A DNA stretch of 64,000 nt, from positions 576,001 to 640,000 of the forward strand of contig CAWHAE010000010.1 of NCBI GenBank assembly GCA_963827235.1, written 5' to 3'. The position numbers and the translations under genes were made by a program. The DNA is from an uncultured bacterium (GTDB lineage: Bacteria > Chloroflexota > UBA5177 > JANWHV01). The notes under the pieces are model-generated. The model saw only the letters and a list, made by a program, of their open reading frames with translations. It was not told where the DNA came from and did not search any database. Each line of letters opens with the position of its first letter. Position 1 is the stretch's first letter. Positions 8,993 to 19,800 of this stretch are shown here, piece after piece.

Positions 8993-10624
8993 TCAGTTGA
9001 CTGACTTATCTTCTGCTGACTTTTCGTGTGTGGAAGAGCGATAGCCAAAATGGTCACGGCCAAGGAAAGTATTTGCCCACGATGATGTGCCCTTGAGGTC
9101 GCTGTTCTTGGTGATCGCGGGACGGTCGAGCATGTGTTCCTCTTCCCCGTACGGCTTGAGACGCTCGTAGGCCCGAGCCCACATGCAGGTCTTCTGCGTT
9201 GCCTCGCACACTCCTTGGTGACTGCCTCCGCAAGGACCGTTGCGCTGGTTCTTGGCGCACTGTGATTCCGGACACAGGTAGGCGATGTCTGGGAGCGAGC
9301 AGTCGCCGCAGTCACGGCAGCCGAACAGCGGGATCTTGATTGCCTGCTCAGCCACGTGTAGCCACTTCTGGGTCTCAGGTGATTGATCGACGCGGGTGTA
9401 GACGCGGCGTCCCAGGCGGAAGCCCATCGATTCGGGAGCAAACATGTGCCGGTGTACGGACCGGTTCATCTTGTAGGCGACCGGCACGGCGTCCAGCTGC
9501 CGGTGCCTTGCCGCCCGAGTGGAGGACCGGCGATAGCTGCTGCTGATCTCCGCGGAGCTAACCTGCGTCTCGGGATCTTGCTCGAACAGATAGAACTCGC
9601 CGGGCTGGCCGAACTGGATTTCCTTGGCGAAGGTCCGCCAGTCGTCCGGGCCAAACGAGTCGGCCAGCGCGAAGATTGCCTGGAACTCGGCCGGCTTCAC
9701 GTGTCCGCCCAGGTAGGCGCCGTGAAATCCCAGACCGCGGGCAACCGCGATCTGCTTGGCGGCGAACTCATGGAAGAACTTCTTGCCCTTGTCGCGGGAC
9801 GAAGCCTGCTTTTCGGCCAGCTCCAGCAACGCATCGGAGACGATGACGCCCGGCACGGCACCGCGGTGATAATACCTCGCCGTCGGGGCCGTCAGGATGA
9901 ACACGTTTGCCAATACGGGTACATCCAGATGCCGCCATGCCATGAACCTGAGCAGGTCGCTGAACTTGCGCGAGTCGTAGCCGAGCTGGGTGATGATGAA
10001 CTGTGCACCGGCCTGGACCTTGCGCGCGAGCTTGAAGTACTGCGGCATCAGCTCGCTCTCGCTAAGCTTGAACGGCGAGACTGCCGCCGCCGTGTAGAAG
10101 CTGGTGGGCGGCAGAGTGGCAGGATCGCCCTTCCTGGACGGGGTAACCGGGAATCCTGCGTTCATCGCTTGAAGCATCTCCAGCAGAGCCACGGAGTCGA
10201 TGTCGAACACCGCGGTGGCCCTGCCGTGGAAGCCCTCCACCGGATAGTCGCCGGAAATGCACAGCACGTTGTCGAACCCGGCGGTAGCCAGCGACCAGGC
10301 CCGGCTCTCCAGGCCGTTACGATTGAGATCCTTGCAGGACAGGTGAATGATCACGTCCTGACCCATGTCGCGGAGGCGGGCGCCCAGCGCCTCGGGAATG
10401 AGGCTGGGATGGCCGCCCGCGCTATCGGTAATGCTCAGCGCATCCGCGATGCCTAGCCCGGCCAGTTCCGTCGCATCGGTGATTACCCTGGACGGGCTGG
10501 CTTCGGACAGAGACCCGCGCGTGCTCACGAGCTCGACGACATGGGCGAACTCAGCGGGATTGGTGAGACGGCGGCGCAGGGCATTCGGCCGGCCTGCCGC
10601 ATCCGGTACGGACTGATTGTCCAA
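8993..10624 (-). CDS. metF: Methylenetetrahydrofolate reductase with fused C-terminal MetV-like Cys-rich domain
   Basis: HLSCKDLNR, NVLCISGDYP and KVQAGAQFIITQLGYD (MetF); C-terminal CRDCGDC...CPESQCAKNQRNGPCGG...C...CMW (MetV/MTHFR_C). TTG start. Confidence 0.88.
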   Translation of the reverse strand: MDNQSVPDAAGRPNALRRRLTNPAEFAHVVELVSTRGSLSEASPSRVITDATELAGLGIADALSITDSAGGHPSLIPEALGARLRDMGQDVIIHLSCKDLNRNGLESRAWSLATAGFDNVLCISGDYPVEGFHGRATAVFDIDSVALLEMLQAMNAGFPVTPSRKGDPATLPPTSFYTAAAVSPFKLSESELMPQYFKLARKVQAGAQFIITQLGYDSRKFSDLLRFMAWRHLDVPVLANVFILTAPTARYYHRGAVPGVIVSDALLELAEKQASSRDKGKKFFHEFAAKQIAVARGLGFHGAYLGGHVKPAEFQAIFALADSFGPDDWRTFAKEIQFGQPGEFYLFEQDPETQVSSAEISSSYRRSSTRAARHRQLDAVPVAYKMNRSVHRHMFAPESMGFRLGRRVYTRVDQSPETQKWLHVAEQAIKIPLFGCRDCGDCSLPDIAYLCPESQCAKNQRNGPCGGSHQGVCEATQKTCMWARAYERLKPYGEEEHMLDRPAITKNSDLKGTSSWANTFLGRDHFGYRSSTHEKSAEDKSVN

Positions 10625-11213
10625 GCAGCGCCTCTATTCTTCGTCGGCGGAATATGTATCAATGCTGGCAAGCCCCCGCCGGCTGGGCTCCCGTGAAGTT
10701 CTCCTCGTGCACAGTCGACTCCGGCTGGGCGCACTACCATGTGCGCCCGGATCGCTGGCGTGACGCAACCTTCCCCACGCGTGCACGGCGCAAGGGAGCT
10801 TGACGCATGGTCGTCGTCGACCTCATTCAACCTTCTGCAGCAGTCGACCTCCTCAGCCGCTGGATGCCACCGTCAGGGCTGCTGGGTGGTATGACCTATG
10901 TCTACGCTCATATCGGAGACGGCGCAAGGGCCGCCCGGCAATGGCAATCGAAGGCCATGAGACGCGCGTGTTCAGGGTGCCGGACCATGACTTTCGAGCA
11001 TTGAGCCCCTTGACAGGGGAATTCTACCACTGTCCAGCACGCTTAACGCCGATTCTACCGCCGTGTCCAGACTGCGGGATAGTGATGGCGTGCGGTGATG
11101 ACGTGTCGGCGCAGTCCCGGCGTGAGGGGCGGACCTGGATCCTGACACGATGAGTATCCCGTATCCCCTATCCGGTAGCCGCGCCCAAGCCAGCGGGTGT
11201 ATCCTGACAGCAT

Positions 11214-11597
11214 ATGACACCAACCTTGTTTGCTTTGCCCGCTCAGGAGGAGCTAGCTCGGCGCCTGCTGCGTCCTCTCAGTCGCGCCGGGGTGACGTAC
11301 CTGCATTGGCGGACCGAGCGTGACCCTCTAGAGTCGCAGGCCTACATCGCCGAGCTGGCCCTGGAGGATGCCGGCCACCAGCAGATCGCGTCCACTGCCA
11401 TGCGTAGCGGGTTCCTTGTGCTCTACGCGATCAGCGATGCGCTTGGCGCCGACGGGGGCTGCTTCAGTCTGGACGTTGCATCCGGGCGGTACCGCAAGAC
11501 GTCGGCCATGCCGGAGCATCTGCGGGCGCTGGGCCAAGCGACGCGCTCGAAGGGCGACGACGAGGCGCCCGACCTCGAGACCGACCTGGCCAGCTAG
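11214..11597 (+). CDS. Hypothetical protein
   Basis: 127-aa ATG ORF with protein-like composition; no recognised family. Confidence 0.45.
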   Translation: MTPTLFALPAQEELARRLLRPLSRAGVTYLHWRTERDPLESQAYIAELALEDAGHQQIASTAMRSGFLVLYAISDALGADGGCFSLDVASGRYRKTSAMPEHLRALGQATRSKGDDEAPDLETDLAS

Positions 11598-11645
11598 GAA
11601 CTGCGCGCCGGTGACATGTTCGGCGGTGGGAGCGCTCGGCTTCGC

Positions 11646-12107
11646 ATGCCTGCCCGGGAGAAGGTAGTGCTCTGGGCGGGTCCTCTGCTCGCCGCCCTGC
11701 TCGCCGGCATCTGCATTGCCTCGCAGGGCGCCATCAACAGCGAGCTGTCCCGGCATGTCGGGCAAATGCGAGCCGTGGCGGTTTCCATCTCTCTCAGCTT
11801 CTCCATAGTCGCCCTGATCGTTGCCGTGCATGCCGGCCCGGGATCCTTTGCTGCTGTGAAGGAGACTCCGCGTTGGGCGATGATCGGCGGACTGCTCGGC
11901 GTTACGATTCTGGTTAGCACAATCATCGCCGTGCCTCGCATCGGCGTGGCGGCGACCACCGGCGCCATCGTGGCCGGTCAGGTGATAGCCTCCGCCATCA
12001 TCGATCGCTTCGGCCTCCTCGGCGTGGTTGTCCGGCCGCTGACGCCTGGGCGCCTGGCGGGACTGGTGCTCGTGGTCGTCGCCGTCGCTCTGGTTACGCG
12101 CGGCTGA
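11646..12107 (+). CDS. DMT-family small transporter (YdcZ/DUF606-like)
   Basis: ASQGAINSEL, WAMIGGLLG, PRIGVA, GQVIASAIIDRFGLLG; five hydrophobic segments. Confidence 0.88.
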   Translation: MPAREKVVLWAGPLLAALLAGICIASQGAINSELSRHVGQMRAVAVSISLSFSIVALIVAVHAGPGSFAAVKETPRWAMIGGLLGVTILVSTIIAVPRIGVAATTGAIVAGQVIASAIIDRFGLLGVVVRPLTPGRLAGLVLVVVAVALVTRG

Positions 12108-12109
12108 AG

Positions 12110-12418
12110 ATGTTTGCCACGTACGCTGTGCCGACATTGGACGCGCGAGAATTCGTCGAGGAGCACCATGGAACCGTCGCCAATCAGGTCAAGCGGATCA
12201 TGGAGGACGGAGTCGCGAGTGGTGAGTTCATGGTCGCCGACCCAGCGACCACGGCACGAGCAATCCTGCTTGCGACGAACTCATTTCGCAACCCGGCGCA
12301 TGCGCCGGAGTGGACCAGGCCCACGATCGATGCAGACTTCGACGACGTCTGCACCCCGATCCTTAACTGCATCAACCGCCCGTCGCAAGCGACGGCGCTT
12401 CGCTCGCCATCGTTTTGA
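12110..12418 (+). pseudogene. TetR-family regulator C-terminal domain only (HTH lost)
   Basis: FATY...IMEDGVASGEF..ADP..TARAI...F.NPAHA.EW is a TetR_C-type domain. It starts 2 nt after the DMT stop and has no HTH. Confidence 0.65.
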
Positions 12419-12775
12419 GGAGCGGTGTCAGACAGCGCGAGCCTTGTGGGATTTGTTCCTCCCGAGCAAGCCTGAGCTCAGCATTACTACAGTTGGCGTA
12501 CCTTCTCGATTCGTCGGGGCACGCGGCGGGCCGGTTGAGTGCGCCCAAGCGCGCTGGCACTGCAGTGATGCTTAGGCGGCGCCGCCCCCCCTGCCCACCT
12601 ACGTGGCCGTGCGCCGCGGCCTTCGGTTACTCTGTAGTTGGAGCGCGGCGAGACCCCTGTACCGGATTCGGCCACCAGAGCGTTGAGCCGGTGCTTGAGC
12701 TTCCCTGCGCCGGATGCCACGTGAGGTCGGCCTGCTGAAACTGCGGCCGCGCCGCCAGCGCGATCGGGACTCCGA

Positions 12776-14185
12776 GTGGCGGATACGAGCGACAACGACG
12801 CGTCGTACGGGAACACCGATCCGTTGCCTGACGTCAATCCGGACTTGGGGGCGACGTCCCAGCTCGGACGGACCGGCAGGCTCCGTGCCGTGGCCGCCAG
12901 GCGACGCCCTCTGCGCCGCTTTCGTTTCCGAGTACCTCGGTCCGGCCTGATCGCCTATCTCGCGGTCATGGGGCCTGGGCTGATCGCGGCCAACGCGGGC
13001 AACGACGCTGGCGGCATTGCTACCTATGCAAGCGCCGGGGCCGTCTACCGCTATTCCCTGCTATGGGCATTGCTCGTCACCTGTATCAGTCTGATCGTCG
13101 TACAGGAGATGTGCTCGCGCATGGGCGCCTTCACGGGCAAGGGCCTCTCGGATCTCATTCGGGAGAACTTCAGCATTAAGGCCACCACTCTGGCCATGGC
13201 CGGTCTGCTGATCGCCAACACCGGCATCACGGTATCAGAGTTCCTGGGCATCGCCGCCAGCGCCCAGATCATCGGCATCCCGGCCTGGATCGCCGTGCCA
13301 CCGATCGCTCTCGTGTTGTGGTACCTGGTCACCCAGCACGGCACGGCGACCAGCGAGAAGGTCTTCCTGATGCTCTCGCTGTTGTTTCTGGTCTATATCC
13401 CGGCGGCTTTCCACAACGCGAATTGGGGAAGCGTGCTCCACGATACGGTGCAGCCGCACCTCTCGCTTTCAGGGGCGTACATCGGTACCGTCGTAGCGCT
13501 GATCGGCACGACGATCAGCCCCTACATGCAGTTCTACGTGCAGTCTGCGGTGAGGGACAAAGGGGTGCTACCCGCGGCTTACAGGTACACTCGTGCCGAG
13601 GTGGTCAGCGGATCGATATTTGCCATCGCAGTGGCGGGCTTCATCATCATCGCCACGGGCAGCTCGCTCTGCCAAAGCGGCGGCTGCCCTGCCGCCAACG
13701 CATCGATCAGCCAGCCGCAGGACTTTGCCTACGCGCTGCGCTCGGTGGCAGGCGATCTCTCCGAGCGGCTGTTCGCGCTCGGACTATTCGGCGCCTCGAT
13801 GCTGGCCGCCGCCGTGTTGCCTCTCTCGACCGCCTTTGCCGTGTGCGAGACCTTCGGCATGGAAAGCGGCACGGAGAAGACCTTTGCGCAGGCACCGGTC
13901 TTCAACGGAATCTTTACGGGCATGATCGCCGTGTCCACGTTGATCGCGGTCATTCCCAACCTTCCCATCGTGCAGGTGCTGCTCAACCTGCAGAAGCTGA
14001 ACGCCATCGTGCTACCGCTGATTTTGTGGTTCATCATCAAGCTCGTGAACCGCACCGATCTCATGGGCTCACACCGCAATGGGCGAGTCTATAATGCGAT
14101 CGCTTACAGCAGCATGGTGGTGCTGACCGTGTTGAGCGTGCTCTATCTTGCCGGTCAGGTCGGAGTCGGACCGGCGAGCAGCTAG
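12776..14185 (+). CDS. NRAMP-related divalent metal transporter (probably the Mg2+-type NRMT clade)
   Basis: GPGLIAANAGNDAGGIATY (DAGG instead of the canonical DPGN), QEMCSRMG, GTTISPY. Confidence 0.88.
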   Translation: MADTSDNDASYGNTDPLPDVNPDLGATSQLGRTGRLRAVAARRRPLRRFRFRVPRSGLIAYLAVMGPGLIAANAGNDAGGIATYASAGAVYRYSLLWALLVTCISLIVVQEMCSRMGAFTGKGLSDLIRENFSIKATTLAMAGLLIANTGITVSEFLGIAASAQIIGIPAWIAVPPIALVLWYLVTQHGTATSEKVFLMLSLLFLVYIPAAFHNANWGSVLHDTVQPHLSLSGAYIGTVVALIGTTISPYMQFYVQSAVRDKGVLPAAYRYTRAEVVSGSIFAIAVAGFIIIATGSSLCQSGGCPAANASISQPQDFAYALRSVAGDLSERLFALGLFGASMLAAAVLPLSTAFAVCETFGMESGTEKTFAQAPVFNGIFTGMIAVSTLIAVIPNLPIVQVLLNLQKLNAIVLPLILWFIIKLVNRTDLMGSHRNGRVYNAIAYSSMVVLTVLSVLYLAGQVGVGPASS

Positions 14186-14372
14186 CAGCCTGGACCAAGC
14201 TGAAGAAGTTCATGAGCGTGCTTTGCTGCTCGCTTCGCCTTCGCGCCGTGTCGGCACGCACGTCGGTGACCAGGCTTATCGGGATGATCAGGCGTTCCGC
14301 GTGCCCGCAAGTTCCGCACTGAATTCCTGCAGCAGCCACGCTTAGCGATGACTACACATAAACACCAGATCT

Positions 14373-15380
14373 CTACAACCCAACTAATGCCGCCGCGTTC
14401 TCACGGAATAACGATCCGCGGCGAATGTAGCGCCGCACCATCGGCAGGCTCTTGTGGCCCGTCTGATCCATGATCGCTCGCTCCGCCACACCTGCAGCAG
14501 CGGCCGACGTGGCCAGTCCAGATCGCAGTGAGTGACCGGCATACTGTTGCGGATCGAGCCGCGCCGCCGCTGCCGCCCGCTTGACGATCAGGGCGACAGA
14601 CTGTGCCGTGAGCCGGGCCGGCTGCAAGTTGCCGTGCCGGTCGACCGGACGAAACAGCGCGCCTCGTGCGATGCCTGCCACGGCGAGCCAGCCCTGCACC
14701 GCGCGCACAGGGCAGGTATCAGGATGCGATCCATACGGGATGCCAGCCTCGCGCCCCGAGCCTTCCTGGTCCGTCTTGCCGCGGCTCACGCGCACGACCA
14801 TGCCTTCCCTGCCGAAGGTCAGGTCGCTCACGTCCAGTGCAACCAGCTCCGCGCGGCGAAAGGCGCCGGCGAATCCGAGCAGTATGAGCGCGCGATCGCG
14901 TCTGCCGGCAAGCGTGCGGTCCAGTCTGGCTACCATTGCGCGGATATCATCCGTCAAGGCCGGCTCTTTGCCTTGCTGCCGCGAGCCGTGACGGCGGCGA
15001 ATGCCCGCCATCACCTGACGCACCGCGACGTCGACAGTGGGCGACTCAAATCCGGCGATGCTGTGAGCCTGGCTGATCGCTGCGAGCCGCCGGGCGACGG
15101 TCGATGTCTTGCGGAAGGCGGCAAGATCGGCCAGGTAGACTGCCACGGTTTCCGCAGACGCGGGCAATGGCCCCCGGCCTCGAGCATCGCACCAGGCGAC
15201 GAAATCGCGCCAGTCGGCGCCGTATGCGCGTCGGGTGTTCGCGGCTACGGCCTCGGCAGCGTATTCTTGCGCGCGCTCCCGGGAGGCCCGATAGTGCGCC
15301 ACGGCATCCCCATCCGGCTTGCCGCCGGCCGGCTCCAGTACACGCCCTCGCCACGCTGCCGTGTCCGCCGGCTTTCCCAT
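14373..15380 (-). CDS. Cre-like tyrosine recombinase (site-specific integrase)
   Basis: NTRRAY..DW..F..WC core-binding domain; RDRALILLGFAGAFRRAEL, KTDQ, HSLRSG, QTGHKS, RRY catalytic residues all intact. Confidence 0.93.
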   Translation of the reverse strand: MGKPADTAAWRGRVLEPAGGKPDGDAVAHYRASRERAQEYAAEAVAANTRRAYGADWRDFVAWCDARGRGPLPASAETVAVYLADLAAFRKTSTVARRLAAISQAHSIAGFESPTVDVAVRQVMAGIRRRHGSRQQGKEPALTDDIRAMVARLDRTLAGRRDRALILLGFAGAFRRAELVALDVSDLTFGREGMVVRVSRGKTDQEGSGREAGIPYGSHPDTCPVRAVQGWLAVAGIARGALFRPVDRHGNLQPARLTAQSVALIVKRAAAAARLDPQQYAGHSLRSGLATSAAAAGVAERAIMDQTGHKSLPMVRRYIRRGSLFRENAAALVGL

Positions 15381-15592
15381 GCCACCCTACCTCGCTACAG
15401 AGCCAACGCGGCGGCTTGTGATCCTACCGCGACCGCCAGGCAATCGCGGCTAATTCGACTAGCGCAGCCGCATAGCCGGCTCGGCACGCGCCCTGTTCGC
15501 CGAGGCCGACTACATAGACCGCTACGCGAGACCGGCTCGTGTGGCGACAGTCCGAAGTCTAGCCCAGACCGGAGCGTGCCGCCAGGGGGTAC

Positions 15593-16549
15593 TCAACGGG
15601 CCACCGCGGTCATCAGACCAGCTTCCTCCGCGTCTCGATCTTCTACAGCGATAGGCATGGCAAGGATTTCAACACCCGCGCTACCGCGTATGCCGACAAG
15701 GCGTGCCCTGATCTCCTCGGGCGAGCCGGATACCACGAGCTCGTCGAGGAGACCATCGGGAAGCGACCCGTCTGCTGCTACCGGATAACCGGCCTCAGCG
15801 AACATGGCGGCGTAGAACGGCAGTCTGCCGTACATGGCCAGGCGAGAACGCGCCGCCTGCCTGACACGCGCGCGATTGCCGTGGACAGCCACCGGGACAT
15901 GGGCGAGCAGCGTGGGCGCGGGTCGTCCGGCCGCGAGCGCTCCCGCCTGCAGCGCCGGCAGTGCCGTGCCGACCAGATACGGCACGGGGCAGAGCCAGGA
16001 AATCGCTCCGTCGGAAATCTCACCGGCAAGATGGTACGCTTTGGCGCGCAGCGCCGAGATCAGCAGCGGAACGCGCGGCGGCACGACCCCTTCGGGCAGT
16101 GTGGCGTGCACGTCGAAGAACTGTCCCCTGAAATCGACCTGCCCCTGCCAGAGATATTGCCGAAGCACGCCGACGTACTCGCGAAGATATGACAGCGGCT
16201 TGGTGAAGGCGATACCGAAGGCGCCCTCCACGGTCGGCCGATGACTGGGACCGACTCCCAGGCGCAGACGGCCCGGAGCCAGGTCGGAGAGGACCAACGC
16301 CTGCGTGGCCAGCATCAATGGATGCCGGGGGTAGATCGGCACTATTGCACTGCCCAGCCGGATGCGGCGAGTGCGCGCGGCGGCGGCGGCGAAAACGGTG
16401 ATGCTGTCCAAAGCGGTGCCGCCGCCCGTGGTCCACACAGCCGGCACCCCATATTCCTCTGCGCGCACGATCGCATCTACCGTCTCGCCGGCGCGAGATC
16501 GCTGCACCACTAACCCGATTCCCTCTGCCATCACCATCCTCGTTTTCAC
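15593..16549 (-). CDS. LLM-class (luciferase-like) flavin/F420-dependent oxidoreductase
   Basis: RIRLGSAIVPIYPRHP, GRLRLGVGPSH, LAGEISDG. The true start may be a few codons downstream. Confidence 0.9.
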   Translation of the reverse strand: MKTRMVMAEGIGLVVQRSRAGETVDAIVRAEEYGVPAVWTTGGGTALDSITVFAAAAARTRRIRLGSAIVPIYPRHPLMLATQALVLSDLAPGRLRLGVGPSHRPTVEGAFGIAFTKPLSYLREYVGVLRQYLWQGQVDFRGQFFDVHATLPEGVVPPRVPLLISALRAKAYHLAGEISDGAISWLCPVPYLVGTALPALQAGALAAGRPAPTLLAHVPVAVHGNRARVRQAARSRLAMYGRLPFYAAMFAEAGYPVAADGSLPDGLLDELVVSGSPEEIRARLVGIRGSAGVEILAMPIAVEDRDAEEAGLMTAVAR

Positions 16550-16837
16550 TTACCGGTATAGAGCGTGAAGCTACGCCTGTCGCGATTTGGCATGCTCGGA
16601 GGAGATCCTACTACGATGACTGAATTCGAGCCTATTGGGATCTCTTGGTTATGTGTAGAAGACTGCTGGTACTTACTCCCGGCGACGCAGCAAAAAAGCA
16701 AGACATGCGTCGGCGAGCAGAACAGCGTCCTCCCGTGCGGCCCTGCCGGCCACTTCCGCAACGCCCCGGCAGGCGGCATCGGTGTCCTTCGAACCTCGTT
16801 TCGCGCAGAACAATAAGCATGCAAAGCAGCTTGCCAG

Positions 16838-19800
16838 CTAAGGCTCGTGAATGGCCGGTTCAGGATCCAGCCCGACCTCCGCGGGCAGCGAGAGGCGAAA
16901 GACGCTGCCGGAATGATCAGTAGACGCAAGGTCCAATTCGCCGTCCATCGCCCGGGCTAGACTGCGGCCCAGGTAGAGGCCCAGGCCGGTGCCGACATGG
17001 CCGGCGCGCATGCGGCTTCCAGGAACACGACCAAATCGTGTGAATAGTCGTTCGCGCCCCTCAGCTGGGATACCAGCCCCCCGATCGCGTACGAGCACAG
17101 TTGCCCGACTGGCATCGCGCGCCCAGGTCACCATAATAGGAGCGCCCTCGGGAGAGTACTTTGCGGCGTTGTCAATGAGATTCACCAGTATCTGCACGGT
17201 GCGATCCGGGTCGGCGCGGATGGCGAGGTCAGCCGGGCCTTGCGTCCCGATCTGCTGCCCGTGATAAGCCACTCGCACTTCCTCGACGGCCCGCTCGACT
17301 AGCCGAGCCAGGAGCGCTGCCTCCGTCGTGCCAACCAGCGCTCCCATCTCGAGTCGGCTCAAGAGTAGCAACTCCTCGACGAGCCGCTGCTGACGCCGGG
17401 CCGAGGTAACAATGCGATTGATGCGGTCCAGCCGTGCCACGTCGTCGAGCTGTGTCCAGTGCGCTTGGAGAAGCTCGGCATAGCCGACGATGGCCGTCAG
17501 CGGGGTGCGCAATTCATGGCTGACTGAGGCGACGAACGTGCTGCGCAACTCCGCCAGCTCCAGTGCCGCTGCCGCCTGTGCCTGGCTACGGCTCAGCAGT
17601 TCTGTCCGGAGCTGTTCAGCCTCGAGCCGTTCGCGTTCTCGAGCTTCCTCAACTGCCTGCGTGCGTCGGTCGAGGATGATCCGAAAGGCCGCCTCAAGCG
17701 GCTCGCTCCACCTGCCACCCCAGTTGCAGGCTGAGACGCGCAGGCAGTAGGAGCCAGGCTGCAGATTTGTATAGCGCTGCAGTCGCTGGAACGTGGGAGC
17801 CGACCACCCGGTCTCCAGACCCACCAGCTGGACGCGGTACTGCACCATTGCAGGCGCGACGAAGCTGACCGCGCCGTACTCGAATTGCAGATCATACGCT
17901 GAATCCTCCAGTTCCATGCCTGGCACGAAGTCGCATGGCTGTCCCAGGACGCGGAACGAGGTCAGGTAGACCGAGCAGGGTGACACGTCGTCAGGGACTA
18001 GCGTGGTGTCCACGATACCTACTCCCCGCGCCGTGCCGACCCACAGCCAGCCGCTGGCGTCGAGACGTAGCGCGTTCGAGTTGCAGTCATCGTCAGGCAA
18101 GCCTAGGCTTTGATCGAGCGCGATACATTGGCCGGTCTTGGGACAGAAGCGCAGAACACCGCGGGTGCTACTCAGCCACAGTCGGCCTTTCTGATCGGTC
18201 TGGCAACTGTAGAGCCAATTGCTGCGGAGACCGTCCGCCGTGGTCACCGTCCGCACCACCACCATCTGCTCGGGATCTATGCAGACGAGGCCCGCGCCCC
18301 CGGTGCATGCCCAGATCCAACCTTGTGCATCGCAGACCAGGCCGAGGACCATAGCCGGTGCCGTGTCGAGGCCTACGGCCAGAGTGCAGAGGACACAAGC
18401 CCGTTCTGGGTCGATACAGACCACGCGGCCGGAGACGGTTCCTGCCCAGAGGCGCCCACGCTGGTCGACCACGAGCGATCGAATGTCCGTATCTGGCATA
18501 CCCTGGGCCGAGCCGACGGCTGCCGTAATCTGGTGCGAGCGAACATCAATCCGGAATAGGCCCTGCCGCTCAGTCGCGATCCAGAGCTGATGCGGACCGA
18601 TAGTGCACATGCAGGGCACATCGGCCGCGCTCTCATCCAGCAGGTGGGCACGCGCTGCCACGGTGGCTGGCTGAAGACAATACACACCCTGCCGCCGGAC
18701 ACCCACCCAGAGCAGTCCGAGTTGGTCCGTGCAGAGCGACCAGACCGTTTCCTGCTGGAGGACCGCGGGCAAGTCAGACACCGCGACCCGCCGCTCCGCG
18801 CTCTTGTCGATGCCACGCAAGCCGTCCGCCGTGCCAAGCCACAGCTGATCGGAACCATTGTCCAGAAATGCCCACGCTAAGGTCCGGTCCGGCATGTTGG
18901 GACCGCCCAGGGCACGAGCAGGCAGGCTCGTGGTCACCAGCAGCGCGAGGCCCGCATCGGTCCCGGCCCACACTCGCCCATCCGGGTCGGCATGCAACGA
19001 CAGAATCCCGGTAACGGGCAAACCATCCTGGTGCCCAAACGCGTCACACTGGACACCGCGGGAGTAGACGTACGCACCCTGCCGAGTTCCCAACCACAGC
19101 CGGCCGAGGCGATCGGTGCACATCTCGTCGACAGGTGATCCACAGTTGCTCACGTACACCACGCGCACCGCGCCCGCAGAGCCCGGCTCGGCGCGAAGGA
19201 GGTTGCCGTTTCGCAGGCCGACCCAAATCTTCCCTTCCCGATCAAGGGCCAGGCTCTGCACCGGGCCGCCAGCAACATCTTGGTCGGCAAGAAGGCTGCG
19301 GTCTACGTTGCCACCGACGATGACGGCGAGACCATTCTCGGTGCCGATCCAGAGGCGGCCCAGCGAATCGTGACAGAGTGCTCGAATCTCCGAGGCAGGA
19401 AGTCCGTCACGCTCACCGATGCAACGCACGACGGCCCCGTGCTCGACGACCGCGATGCCGGCCTTTGTGCCGACCCATACCGTCCCTCGCTCGTCCGCAC
19501 TCAGGGTGCGGATAGTGTTGTCCGGGAGACCGTGCGCTTGTGTCAAGCGTTGCTGCAGTTGTGGGCCGGCCATCCCCAGAGCCACAAGTACGAGGCCCTG
19601 GCCCACCGTGCCCATCCACAACACCCGGTCACCCACGAAACAGAAGCGGCGCACAAAGCACCCTTGTAGGGTTGCCAGAGCGGGAGGAACGGCGCCTACC
19701 AGACCGTCGAAGAGCACGGGGCCGTGCTGAGTACCCAGCCACAGGTAGCCGTGTGCGTCCTGCGCGAGAGCGGTGATCGGTCGGGCTGGGAGGTCATGGA

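Noticed and set aside
10625-10760. Possible ZTP (pfl) or THF riboswitch upstream of the metF-fhs operon
   Set aside because: Only GACTG...CACGGGAGC resembles ZTP; the required downstream CGCCUGGG pseudoknot partner is absent and no THF motif is visible.
10940-11153. Short ORF with CPDC motif (also CGTC ORF at 14061-14339)
   Set aside because: A single CxxC, no clear RBS or family; insufficient support.
14262-14284. Degenerate recombination site next to the recombinase
   Set aside because: Only one arm (TTATCGGG) resembles the 33079 palindrome; the other arm is too divergent.
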